Of a stretch of DNA of 64,000 bases, positions 1 through 12,567 are shown piece by piece. Under the pieces are notes generated by a model. That model was not told where the DNA came from. It worked only from the letters and a program-made list of their open reading frames with translations, and made no database searches. The translations under genes and the position numbers were made by a program. This stretch comes from Eledone cirrhosa (Eukaryota). Positions within the stretch are counted from its first letter, which is position 1, and each line of letters begins with the position of its first letter. The DNA is taken from NCBI GenBank assembly GCA_964016885.1, contig OZ024741.1, positions 321,904,001-321,968,000 of the forward strand, given 5' to 3'.

Positions 1-91
1 CTGGTTTTTACCACACCCTATCTGATATATATATATATATTTGTGTGTATCTATATAATACTGCAATGCCATTTTATCCGATAATAAAAAT

Positions 92-305
92 AATGGTTTC
101 TTATATAGGCACAAGGCCAGCAATTTTGGGAGAGGAGAAAGTCAATTAAATCGACCCCAGTGTGTTACTGGTGCTTTATTTTATCGACCCCGTAAGGATG
201 AAAGGCAAAGCTAACTTTGGCAGGATTTTAACTCAGAACGTAAAGGGACGTAACTCTAAGCTCAAAGCATGTTGTCCGATGCTCCATGGATACTGAATAA
301 CAGTC
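92..305 (-). mobile_element. tRNA-derived SINE (family A, long-tail form)
   Basis: Reverse complement of the family core (GCCTTTCATCCTTACGGGGTCGATAAAATAAAG) and of the tail TTGCTGGCCTTGTGCCTATATAAGAAACC; box B region degenerate. Confidence 0.85.
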
Positions 306-629
306 ATGGGAACTTGATCGATTGATATATATATATATATGTCATCATAATCAATATCACCATTTAACATGTTTTCTCTGCTCACAAGGACTGGACTTGT
401 CATCACAGACTGACCAGTACTCAAGCAGAACCTCCTCTAACTTTCAAGTGGGCCAGTAGCCTGACTTATGGTCTGGTACTCTACTGAGTGCATTTTATCA
501 TGATATCAACAGTAGGGTAATTTGTTTTATTTGCCACAAGGGTATTGTATGGAGACATTACAAAGACAAGCTACTGCATGAAGGTGGAGATTTACATAGA
601 AATGAAAAAATATATTTCAGCAATAAGTA

Positions 630-815
630 TTGGTTTCTAATATAGGATCAAGGCCCGAGGAATAAGTCAATTAAATTAACCTCAGTATTTAACTGGTACT
701 TAATTTTATCTACCATGGAAGATGAAAGACAAAGTTGACCTTAGTGGGATTTGAACTCAGAATATAAAGAGCTGGAAGCATCTCATCCTACACTCTAATG
801 ATTCTACAGATCCAA
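630..815 (-). mobile_element. Degenerate SINE family A copy
   Basis: Core remnants and GGGATTTGAACTCAGAA (box B, reverse strand). Confidence 0.7.
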
Positions 816-939
816 TATTAATATTGATTACACTAATTAGCTGGAGAGAGAGAGAGAGAGAGAGAGTTAACAGCTGACACATTATTCTTGGCTAACATAG
901 TCCACTCTATATATAACCTATACTATTTTATAATACTGA

Positions 940-1590
940 CAACCACCACCACCAACAACAACACTACTACCGCCGACACCACCACTACCACCAACACCAC
1001 AACCACTAACATCATTACCTCTGTCAACACAACTACCACCACCACCACCACTATTACCACCAACACCACTATCATAGCCACTAAGATCACTACCTCCACC
1101 ACCACCACCAACAACACCACTACTACCACAACCATAACACACTAACAGCATTACCACCACAACCAATACTACCACAATCATAACACACTAACAGCACTAC
1201 CACCACCACCACAACCATAACACACTAACAGCACTACCACCACCAACACCACTACTACAACCATAACACACTAACAGCACTACCACCACCAACACCACTA
1301 CTACAACCATAACACACTAACAGCACTACCACCACCAACACCACTACTACAACCATAACACACTAACAGCACTACCACCACCAACACCACTACTACAACC
1401 ATAACACACTAACAGCACTACCACCACCAATACCACTACCACAACCACCACCACCACCACTACCACAACCACCACCACCAACACCACTACCACAACCATA
1501 ACACACTAACAGCACTACCACCACCAACACCACCAACACCACTACCACAACCATAACACACTAACACCACTACCACCAGCACTACCATCT
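940..1590. repeat. ACC/ACT-rich array containing a 46-bp minisatellite
   Basis: TAACAGCACTACCACC... recurs at 1226, 1272, 1318 and 1364 (46-bp spacing). Confidence 0.95.
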
Positions 1591-1656
1591 CTATTTCCGT
1601 CATAACTTTAGTTGTCATCATCTTCCTCCTCCTCCTCCTCCTTCTCATTATATTAG

Positions 1657-3500
1657 CCACCACCACCATTGCCACAATCATCACCACCATCACCACCATT
1701 GCCACAATCATCATCACCACCACCATCACCACCATTGCCACAATCATCACCACCATCACCACCATTGCCACAATCATCATCACCACCACCATCACCACCA
1801 TTGCCACAATCATCACCACCACCACCACCACCATTGCCACAATCATCACCACCACCACCACCACCACAATCATCACCACCACCACCACCACCACAATCAT
1901 CACCACCACCACCATTGCCACAATCATCACCACCACCACCACCACCATTGCCACAATCATCACCACCACCACCATTGCCACAATCATCACCACCACCACC
2001 ACCACCACCATTGCCACAATCATCACCACCACCACCACCACCATTGCCACAATCATCATCACCACCACCACCACCACCATTGCCACAATCATCATCACCA
2101 CCATTGCCACAATGATCACCACCACCACCACCACCATCACCACCACCACCACCACCATTGCCACAATCATCACCACCACCATTGCCACAATCATCACCAC
2201 CACCACCATTGCCACAATCATCATCACCACCATCACCACCATTGCCACAATCACCACCACCACCACCACCATTGCCACAATCATCACCACCACCACCACC
2301 ATTGCCACAATCATCATCACCACCACCACCATTGCCACAATCATCACCACCACCACCACCATTGCCACAATCATCATCACCACCACCACCATTGCCACAA
2401 TCATCATCACCACCACCACCATTGCCACAATCATCATCACCACCATCACCACCATTGCCACAACGATCACCACCACCATCACCACCACTACCATTGCCAC
2501 AATCATCATCACCACCATCATCACCATTGCCACAATCATCACCACCACCACCACCACCATTGCCACAATCATCACCACCACCACCACCACCATTGCCACA
2601 ATCATCACCACCACCATCACCACCATTGCCACAATCATCACCACCACCACCACCACCATTGCTACAATCATCACCACCACCACCACCATTGCCACAATCA
2701 TCATCACCACCACCACCATTGCCACAATCATCACCACCACCACCACCATTGCCACAATCATCATCACCACCACCACCATTGCCACAATCATCATCACCAC
2801 CATCACCACCATTGCCACAATGATCACCACCATCACCACCACCACCACCATTGCCACAATCATCACCACCACCACCATTGCCACAATCATCACCATCACC
2901 ACCACCACCATTGCCACAATCATCACCACCACCACCACCACCATTGCCACAATCATCACCACCACCACCACCACCATTGCCACAATCATCATCACCACCA
3001 CCACCATTGCCACAATCATCATCATCATCACCACCACCACCACCACCACCACCACCACCACCACCATTGCCACAATCATCATCACCACACCATTGCCACT
3101 ATCATCCCCACCACCACCACCACCACCATTGCCACAATCACCACCACCACCACCATTGCCACAATCATCATCACCATCACCACCACCACCAATGCCACAA
3201 TCATCACCACCACCACCACCATCATTGCCACAATCATCATCATCACCACCACCACCACCACCACCACCACAATAATCATCATCATCACCACCACCATTGC
3301 CACAATAATAATCATCACCATCACCACTATCATCATCACCATCACCATCATCATCATTAAGACCATCATAACCACCACCAACATTGCCACAATGATCACC
3401 ATCATAATCATCACCATCATCACCATCATAATCATCATCACCACCATTATAATCATCACCATCCTCCACATCAACACCACCATAATCATCACCATCACCC
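1657..3500. repeat. Compound trinucleotide array, unit CCATTGCCACAATCATCA(CCA)n
   Basis: Dozens of variable-length units; source of the Pro/Thr/Val/Gly-rich ORFs in all frames. Confidence 0.95.
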
Positions 3501-3805
3501 ACTTCATTCTACTTGAGAGTTGTTTTTAAATGTACTAGGTTTATCAAATACACACAGCATAAACAAAAGGGCGCACAACAGCAACAACAACAATAAAATA
3601 TAACAACAGCAACAACAACAACAAAAAGAAAATATTAAAAGGAGTTATAATTGTAGTGAAATACAAGATAAACTTCACTAATTAAACAGATTCTCCAAGA
3701 TTAACTCATTAATTAAACATTTCAATAATTATAACATTACAAAAGTATTATTCATTACAATATATTATTTTTCATTGTATTATTTCTATTATAAATAATA
3801 ATAAT

Positions 3806-4680
3806 TGTTTCTAGTATAGGCACAAGGCCAGCAATTTTGGGGAAGAGAAAGTCGATTAAATCGACCCCAGTGCATTACTGGTGCTTTATTCTATCAACCC
3901 CATAAGGATGAAAGGCAAAGCTAACTTCGGTGAGATTTGAACTCAGAATGTAAAGGGGCCTAACTCTATGCCTCACAGCATGTTGTCCAATACTCTACTG
4001 ATTTAGTCAATTAACCACCCTTCTATTATAAATAATTGTTTCTACTTTTGGCACAAGGCCAGCAATTATTCAGTACATTACTGGTACTTTATTTTATCGA
4101 CCCCGTAAGGATGAAAGGCAAAGTTAACCTCGGCGGGATTTGAACTCAGATCATACAGGGACGTAACTCTATGCTTCAAAGCATGGCGTCCGACTCTCTA
4201 CCGATACTGCCAATCCACAATGGTTTTTGATTTAGGCACAAGGTTAACAATCTTAGGGAACGGGAAAGTTGATTAAATCAACCCCAGTGCACCACTGGTA
4301 GTTTATTTTATCAACCTCCATAAGGGTGAAAAACAAAGCTAACTTTGGCGAGATTTGCACTGAGAATGTAAAGGGGTGCAACTCTATGCCTCACAGCATG
4401 TTGTCCGATGCTCTACTGAATCCGCCAATCAACCACCCTGCTATTATAAATAATAATAATAGTAACGATTTCTAATTTAGGTGCAACGCCAGCAACTTTT
4501 TTTAGGGTAGGAATAAATCAATTACATCAGCCCCAGTGCTTGACTGCTACTTTATTTATCGACCCTGGAAAGGTGAAAAGCAAAGCTGATCCCAGCAGGA
4601 TTTGAACACAGAATGTAAAGAGCTAAAACAAATGCTGTAAAGGTTTTCTGTTCAACGTTCTAACGATTTTGCCAGTCCAT
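3806..4680 (-). mobile_element. Head-to-tail cluster of four SINE family A copies (about 3806-4020, 4037-4218, 4219-4438, 4468-4680)
   Basis: Each has tail, core and box B in reverse orientation; CTATTATAAATAAT spacer repeats at 3786, 4023 and 4441. Confidence 0.9.
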
Positions 4681-5079
4681 AATCCTCATATAACAAAAAC
4701 AATAACAATACCATCTGTCTAAGGACCTTGTTGTGACACAACAGATAGTAGAAGATCCAGTAATTATCCTATATTTACTGTGCAAACCATACATTACAAT
4801 AACAATAATACTTATATTATCTAGAATTACAATGGCTGTGATGTGAGTGAGGCAGAGTGATTGGTGGCATGTGGCACAATGGCAGTGTCTTCTCCACACA
4901 ATTAAACTGAGTACAGCAGACAACTTTCAAGTAATCAATAAGCAAACAAGCAGAGAAAAGCAGTGACACTTAAGGAGATTCTGGTGGTTGGAAATGTTAG
5001 AGAGAAGGAAGATGGTGATAACAATAATGACAAAGACAATACTGATGATGTTGATAAGCACTTTTAATTGGTTGACTTG

Positions 5080-6221
5080 TTAACCGAGTAAAAGTGACCA
5101 TATTTCTAAGAATATACTGTCTTTGTGTTTTAATTATCAAAGTAATGACAAATTATGAGAAGTTTAGTGAAATAACTAACTTTCAATTTAATAATTGTTT
5201 CTACTTTTGGCACAAGGCCAGCAATTATCCCAGTGTATTACTGGTGCTTTATTTTATTGACCCCCGTAAGGATGAAAGGCAAAACTCACCCTGGCAGATT
5301 TAAACTCAACATAATGCTGCAAAACATGGTGCCTGACATTCTACCAGTACTGCCAAATCACCAGGCCAGCATCCCAATGCATTACTAGCTAACCTTGGCA
5401 GGATTTGAACTCAGACCGCAAAGGCCATAACTCTATGCTGGCATCAGACCCTCTACCGATACTGCCAATCCACTGCCCTTTTAATTTAATAATGGTCTCT
5501 AATCTTGGCACAAGGCCTGCAATTTGGAGGGAAAGGGAAAATCGATTATATTAATTCTACTGCTTCATTGGTAGTTTATTTTATCAATCCAGTAAGGGTG
5601 AAAAGTAAACTTGATCTCAATGGAATTTGAACTCAGAATGTAAAGAGTTGAACAATCTAACATGATTTCTAATTTAGGCACAAGGCCTGCAATTTGTGAG
5701 GAGGGAAAGTTGATTATATGCACTCCAGAAGAATGAAAGGTAAAGTTGATTAGAACTCAGAATGTAAAGAGCCAGAAAAAATATTAACCATTTCTCTAAG
5801 GATTTATTTATTGACTCAGCAAATCTACTGCTCTGACTTTCAACTTAATAATGGTTTCTGATTTAGGCAAAAGGACAGTAATTTTAGGGGAAGGGAAAGT
5901 TGATTAAATTGACCCCAGTGCATTACTGGTGCTTTATTTATCGATCCTGAAAGGATGAAAGGCAAAGTTAATCTCGGCAAGATTTGAATTCAGAATGTAA
6001 AGAGCCAGAAAAAATATTGCTAACCATTCGACTAATGCTTTATTTAATGACTCTGCCAATCTACTACCCTGACTTTAAACTTAATAATGAAAGACAAATA
6101 TTTAACTACTGAAATCTAATATTAACTGTCATGTAATAATGAAATTTCAGTCCAAAGTTTCAAATTAAATTTGAACACTGTTACAGAGGCAATTTCTGGT
6201 GGGTTGTTGTTTAAAGGTTAA
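5080..6221 (+). mobile_element. piggyBac-type MITE (family B) interrupted by a SINE stack
   Basis: TTAA at 5080-5083 and 6218-6221; flanks 5150-5195 plus 6089-6175 align with the reverse complement of the uninterrupted copy at about 62673-62850. Confidence 0.7.
5196..6072 (-). mobile_element. Stack of SINE family A units: dimer 5196-5477, then about 5494-5650, 5665-5830, 5853-6070
   Basis: All units on the minus strand; target motif CTTT(C/T/A)AA(T/C)TTAATAAT at 5180, 5478, 5837 and 6073. Confidence 0.88.
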
Positions 6222-6294
6222 GTAATTCATTACTTTCCCCACCCTGTCCTCATATCACAATGTTTTAATTTATCATTTCCATAGATAGAAATTG

Positions 6295-6580
6295 CATAGG
6301 TAGTGAATTGGCAGAATCATTAGAACATTGGATAGAATACTTTACTGGGTTTGTTCCAGCTCTCTGTGTTATGACTTCAAGTCCCGCTGAGGTCAATTTT
6401 GCCTTTCCTCATTTCGAGGTCAATAAATAAAATGCCAGTTCAATACTAAGCTGATTGTTCCTCTATATCGCTTTCTGTCTCGAGGAAATCAGCTGTGTTC
6501 TGACCTGGAATAGGATGTGTTTTGCCAGGCTTAAATGCCAAAGATGCTGCCTCTGCAACTCCATTAGGAGTTAAGGGCCT
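6295..6580 (+). mobile_element. SINE with family A head and core but an alternative 3' tail (tail C)
   Basis: TTGGCAGAATC head, core, then GAAATCAGCTGTGTTCTGACCTGG...CCAGGCTTAAATG, which is also seen at 42258-42530 and 61565-61865. Confidence 0.65.
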
Positions 6581-6612
6581 GTTGATAGATAGAAGTTAGG
6601 AAATAAGTGAGA

Positions 6613-6800
6613 AATTTCTAACATAGGTACAAGGCCTTAGATTTTGAGGTAGAAAAAAACTAATAATATTGATTCCAGTATTTGATTGGTACTTTATTTT
6701 ATCAACCCTAGAATGATGAAAGGCAAAGTTGGGCTCAGTGGGATTTACACAGAGAGCATAAAGAGCAGGAACAAATACCACAAGGCATTTCTGTGACTAA
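6613..6800 (-). mobile_element. Degenerate SINE family A copy
   Basis: Core GGTACTTTATTTTATCAACCC...GATGAAAGGCAAAGTT. Confidence 0.7.
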
Positions 6801-7534
6801 ATGATAGTGGTATAGAAATGTAACAACAGAAGAAATGTAAAGACATTTAGTAAAAAAAAATGCAAAAAAAAAAATGATCCCCAACCCGAACCCAGTGACT
6901 AAAATAAAAGATTTTTTCCCAGCTCACACCACCTCTAAACCCTTATTAGCTACGAAAGAAAGGGGACATATCTAGGTAAGGAATGCGAGGCTTACATCAA
7001 TTCTCTTATTACTATCTCCTCCTCACACATACAGACATATACATACACACAAACACAGCAACATCCACACACACGCACACACATACATATACAGAAACAC
7101 ACATATACACATGTACACACATAGATACATACAAATACACCCATCCACACAGATGCATCTCCTCACACATCTCACCTACACAGTCATGTCTCTACCCCTA
7201 TTCTAGCCCCTCCAGGAAAGGAGCCTTTATAGATATTTACACAAACCAAAACATTAACCCCCCCCCCCCCCCCCCCCCCCCATCCCCAACTAGTAGATGA
7301 TGGTGGTGAGGTGGAATTAGGTTTCGGGTGGTGGTGGTGGTAGTGGTGAAGTGGAATTGGGAGTGGTATGATAGTGATAGGTGATGGCGGTGATGTGGTG
7401 GTGGGCGGTGGTGGTGGTATTGATGCTAATGGGTTCTTTTATTGCCAGTAGAAGTCTAGTTGACCCTGGCATAGTTAGATAGAGGGGGATTTTCCACAGT
7501 ATGCTAGAAATAGAAACAACCAAGAGAAACAACA

Positions 7535-7536
<2 letters not shown>

Positions 7537-7605
<69 letters not shown>

Positions 7606-8058
7606 AATATATATATATATACATATATATATACACATACATATGGTTTATATATATATATATATATATATACATACATACATATGGTTTATATATATAT
7701 ATATATACATACATACATATTGTTTACATATATATATACATACATACATATCGTTTACATATATATATACATACATATGGTTTACATATATATATATACA
7801 TACATACATATGGTTTACATATATATATATACATATGGTTTACATATATATATATACATAGGGTTTACATATATATATATATATATACATACATATGGTT
7901 TACATATATATATACATACGGCTTACACACATATATATATATATACATACATATGGCTTACATATATATATATATATACATACATACGGTTTATATATAT
8001 ATATATACATACATACATACGGTTTATATATATATATATATACGGTTTATATATATAT
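7537..8058. repeat. (TA)n plus CATA(T/C)GGTTTA-punctuated compound microsatellite
   Basis: Seen directly; the same unit resumes at 9145, after the LINE. Confidence 0.95.
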
Positions 8059-9144
8059 AGAATATAGATTTTATATGTGGCCGGTGCTCTGGTGCAATAT
8101 GTAGCAGCAAGTGCCCACAGAATACTAGCTCATTCCATTGCCCAGATGGTTCTATAGAAATAGTGGACAGCTTCCGTTACCTGGGTGACAAAATCAGCAG
8201 TGGGGGAGGGTGCTCTGATAGGACTGTGGCTAGAGTCAGAACGGGATGGATAAAGTTCAGAGAGTTTATACCACTATTGGCCCCTAAAGGTTTCTCTCTA
8301 AAAATAAAAGGCAGGCTGTATGATGCCTGCATACAAACAGCAATGTTACATGGCAGTGAGACATGGACCTTGGGTGCAGAGGATCTACGCAGACTGGAGA
8401 GGAATGAAGCTTGCATGCTCCGTTGGATGTGTAATAGTAATATATGCGAACGGCAAAGCATAAATGAACTAAGTGAGAAATTAGGAATAAGAGGGATCAG
8501 ATGCTGTTTACTCGAGAGAAGACTACGTTGGTATGGTCACGTGATGCGCATGAAAGATGACAGCTGTATAAAAAAATGCAGGGCGATCAAAATAGACGGT
8601 AGCTACGGAGTAGGCAGACCCAGAAAAACCTGGGACAACTTGATAAAATCCGACCTCACATACTTACACCTCTCCAAGACAATCTCACTGGACCGAGATC
8701 TTTGGCGCTAGTAGTAATATAGAAGACCTGTTTTGCCTAAGTACAAAGCGAAACCTACAGTCAGTAGGCACCGTAACCAAAATACCCCCCCCCCCCCCCC
8801 CCCCCCGTCCCACTAACCCTACCCCCACCGCCATCTACACCACCCCTTTCGATGTAAAGCTATGTTGGTACCACAACATCCAGTTCTAAATAAATGAGGT
8901 CGTGTAGGTGTCACGACAAAAAAAAAACACACACAGTCCACGCTGTAATGTGGCCGTGTAGGTAACACAGTAAAAACCTCCCAGTCCACACTGTAAACGT
9001 GGTTGGTGTTAGGAAGGGCATCCAGCCGTAGAAAACCCGCCAGACAGTCCTGAGCAAGACAACCAATCTTGCCTCAAGTGGGACAATTCCCGTCCAGACC
9101 CATGCTAGCGTGGAAAATGGACGTTAAATGATGATGCTGATGAT
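8059..9144 (+). mobile_element. 5'-truncated RTE LINE (copy 1): RT C-terminus, 3' UTR, (GAT)n tail
   Basis: ORF 8163-8711 (FRYLG...[12 protein letters not shown]...GRPRKTW) homologous to 30600-31178; ends GGACGTTAAATGATGATG. Confidence 0.95.
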
Positions 9145-9322
9145 ACATACATACGGTTTATATATATATATATATATATATACATACGGTTTATATAGAT
9201 ATTTATATATATCCACATATATATATACATATGGTTTTTATATATATATATATATATATAATATACACATATGCTTTATATATATATATGCATACACCCC
9301 ATATATATATGTATACACACAC

Positions 9323-9369
<47 letters not shown>

Positions 9370-9552
9370 AATCTATGTGGAATTCTTTATAAATAGATAT
9401 TGTAGCTATATAGAGGAAGACCCCTGCAGTTTTTGACATATAATCCATGTCTGCTAGTCTTAACAGGAGCCTAAAATAGAGAAAAGTCTGTCTGTGGCTG
9501 TGTATGTTTATATATGTGTGTGTATGTATACGTGTATGTGCATATATATGCA

Positions 9553-9610
<58 letters not shown>

Positions 9611-9615
9611 TGTGG

Positions 9616-9657
<42 letters not shown>

Positions 9658-9704
9658 ATATATGTGTATTTATGTATATATATTTACATGCATATGACTA
9701 TATT

Positions 9705-9767
<63 letters not shown>

Positions 9768-9904
9768 ATGTATATATATGTGTATATATTTACATGCATA
9801 TGACTATATATTTATATATATGTGTGTGTGTGTGTGTGTATATATATGTGTGTATGTATGTGTGTATATATATGTATGTATCTATATATATATGTGTGTA
9901 TGTG

Positions 9905-9954
<50 letters not shown>

Positions 9955-10030
9955 TATATATATATATTATATATATATGAGTGTGTGTGTATAAATTTAT
10001 GTGTGTGCGTGTGTGTGTGCATGTGTGTGG
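9145..10030. repeat. TA/TG compound microsatellite field
   Basis: Direct inspection. Confidence 0.9.
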
Positions 10031-10254
10031 TGGGAGTGTGATGATGCTAGGAGGGGTGGGGGGGAGTATGATAAATAACCTGCTAGCCAGAGACTAAACA
10101 AGTGTAGTGTTGAAATACAAACTGAAAGAGTGGCACCATATATTGTTATAGTGTGTGTGTATGCATGTAATGTGTTTGTGAGTGTGCATGTGAATATATA
10201 TATGTGTGTGTGTGGCAAGCAAGAGGGAGATCTGTGGTATTGAATTAGGTAAAA

Positions 10255-10780
10255 CTATGACATTGCTACAGGTAAACATGTAGCACTGATAGAGGTAAGC
10301 ATGTAGCATTGATACCTGCAAATGTGTAGCATTTATGCAGGTAAACGTGGAACGTTGGTACAGGTAAACATGTAGCATTGATACAGGTAGACAGAGCATC
10401 GATACATGCAAACATGTAAAACTGATACAGGCAAACATGTAGCATTGATACATGTAAATATGATAGTGGAGATTCATCTAGACATGTGGTGTTGATGACA
10501 CTAGTAAACTAGTAAACATGTAGTGTTGACACAAGTAAACATGTGTTGACACAAGCAAACATGTGGTATTGAAGCTACAGGTAAGCATGTGGTATTGAAG
10601 ATACATATAGACATATGGTGTTGATGACAAGTAAAGATGTGGTATTGAAGATACAGGTAAACATGTGGTAGTGATAATACATGTGGTGTTGATACAGGTA
10701 AATGTGTTATTGATACAAGTAAGCATGTGGTAAAGATGATATAGGAAAAAATGGTGTTGATATAGGTAAATATAAGATGC
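10255..10780. repeat. Degenerate minisatellite, about 22-25 bp (ATACAGGTAAACATGT(A/G)G(C/T)ATTG)
   Basis: Repeated AAACATGT...TTGA units. Confidence 0.8.
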
Positions 10781-10951
10781 ATTCTATTCTCTTAGTTTTC
10801 TACTGGTTTCAGTCACTAGATTGCGGCCATACTGGAGCACCACCTTAAAAGGATTTAGTTGATCATATGAACCCCCAGTACATATTTTTTCATGTCTTGT
10901 TATTTCATTTATTAATCTCTTTTTGTTGAACTGCCAAGTTACATGACATAA

Positions 10952-10986
<35 letters not shown>

Positions 10987-10989
<3 letters not shown>

Positions 10990-11455
10990 TCATCATCATC
11001 ATCTTCGTTTAACGTCCATCTTCCACGCTAGCATGGGTTAGCCAGGAGTTGTCCTACTTGAGGCAAGGTTGGTTGGGTGACCGCGTCTCGCTCGTATAGG
11101 ACTATCTGGTAGGTTTTCTACAGCTGGATGCCCTTCCTAACATCAACCACATTTACAATGTGGAACTGGGAACTTTTTACCGTGTTACCTACACGACCAC
11201 ATTACAGCGTGGACTGTGTGTTTTTTTGTTGTGACACCTACACGATCTCGATCTCATTATCTCATTAATTTGGACTGGATGTTGTGGTACCAACTTTTCA
11301 GAGAGAGGGTGGTGTTGGTGAGAGTGGGAGGATAGGGTAGGGGTAGTGGATTGGGGTGTATATTTGGTTAAGAGGTGCCTACTGATTGTAGGTTTCGCTT
11401 TGTACATAGGCAAGGCGGGTCTTCTGTATTACTGCGTAGCACCAAAGATCTGGTC
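10987..11455 (-). mobile_element. RTE LINE 3' end fragment (mostly 3' UTR)
   Basis: (CAT)n followed by CGTTTAACGTCC...; aligns with the reverse complement of about 31130-31674; TA runs on both sides. Confidence 0.9.
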
Positions 11456-11523
11456 ATATATATATATATATACACACGATCACCATAATTTTTAATGTCC
11501 ATTTTTCCATGTTGGTACAGGTT

Positions 11524-11564
<41 letters not shown>

Positions 11565-11569
<5 letters not shown>

Positions 11570-12430
11570 CTATTATTTCTTCAAAGTTACATTTTAAACT
11601 TATAGCTCCATTTAAATGATTATTTATCTAGTTGATTTCTACGGACTAGGGTGAAGAAAGATTGAGTATATTTTATCTAATAATTCTTCAAACTTGTAAT
11701 TTTATATATAGCTCTGATTAATAATTATTTGCTTAATTAAATTTTTCATAGAGCCACACCGTGAAAAGTAGCCACACTCATATATGTATCTGTGACAATG
11801 TCTAAATATATGTCTAGATATATACATATATCCCTATGAATTTATTATATACTCCCGTTCGGTAGAGTAAAACTTTAGGCGGTATCTAACTGCTCTTTCT
11901 AGCAGACAAACTACCTGTCATGTGGGCACCATTCACAACCTTCTACTTTGACCGCTGGCAACGTGATGATTCTTAGCCATTTTGGATTCATTTCTGGCGG
12001 CGGTCACTGTAGACATTTTAGTCCAAACTTGAGGGAGTCTCTTGATAAGCTCTAAACCTCATGGATAATAACAAGATTGGACATATCCACAAAGTACGAG
12101 TGAAACTATCAATAGTCGGGACTAGAGGAATTTTGGTAAAGTTTATATGCATTTTTTCTTCAAACTTATATTTTAGACTTAGCTCCGTTTAATTGATTAT
12201 TTGTCTAGTTAATTTCTACGGGCTAAGAGGAAAGACTAGAAAAATTTTATCTGACTGTTCTTCGCAGAAAATAGTCTGTATCATTTGTCTATTATTTCTT
12301 CGAAGTTACATTTTAAACTTATAGCTCCATTTAAATGATTATTTATATGGTTGATTTCTACGGACTAGGGTGAAGAAAGAATGGATATATTTTATCTAAT
12401 AATTCTTCAAACTTGCAATTTTATATATAT
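11565..12430. repeat. About 145-bp direct repeat (11565-11710 and 12284-12430) with a third degenerate unit near 12155-12260
   Basis: ATTTGTCTATTATTTCTTC(A/G)AAGTTACATTTTAAACTTATAGCTCC...CTACGGACTAGGGTGAAGAAAG occurs twice. Confidence 0.85.
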
Positions 12431-12567
12431 ATATATATTTATATTATTAATAAATATTTGTTCTACGGGTTTATATATACTTTTAAATATATATACAATC
12501 CGTATCGAGCCTTCTTTGGATATTGGTCTTTGTAATTATTATTACTATATATATATATATATATAAA

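Noticed and set aside
1487-3507. Extensin-like (SPPPP), Thr-rich and Val/Gly-rich long ORFs
   Set aside because: Open in several frames on both strands because the trinucleotide array lacks stop codons; no signal peptide or unique domain.
4660-5060. 87-aa ORF or possible exon in unique sequence
   Set aside because: No recognisable domain or convincing splice-site pair; the ORF runs into a SINE.
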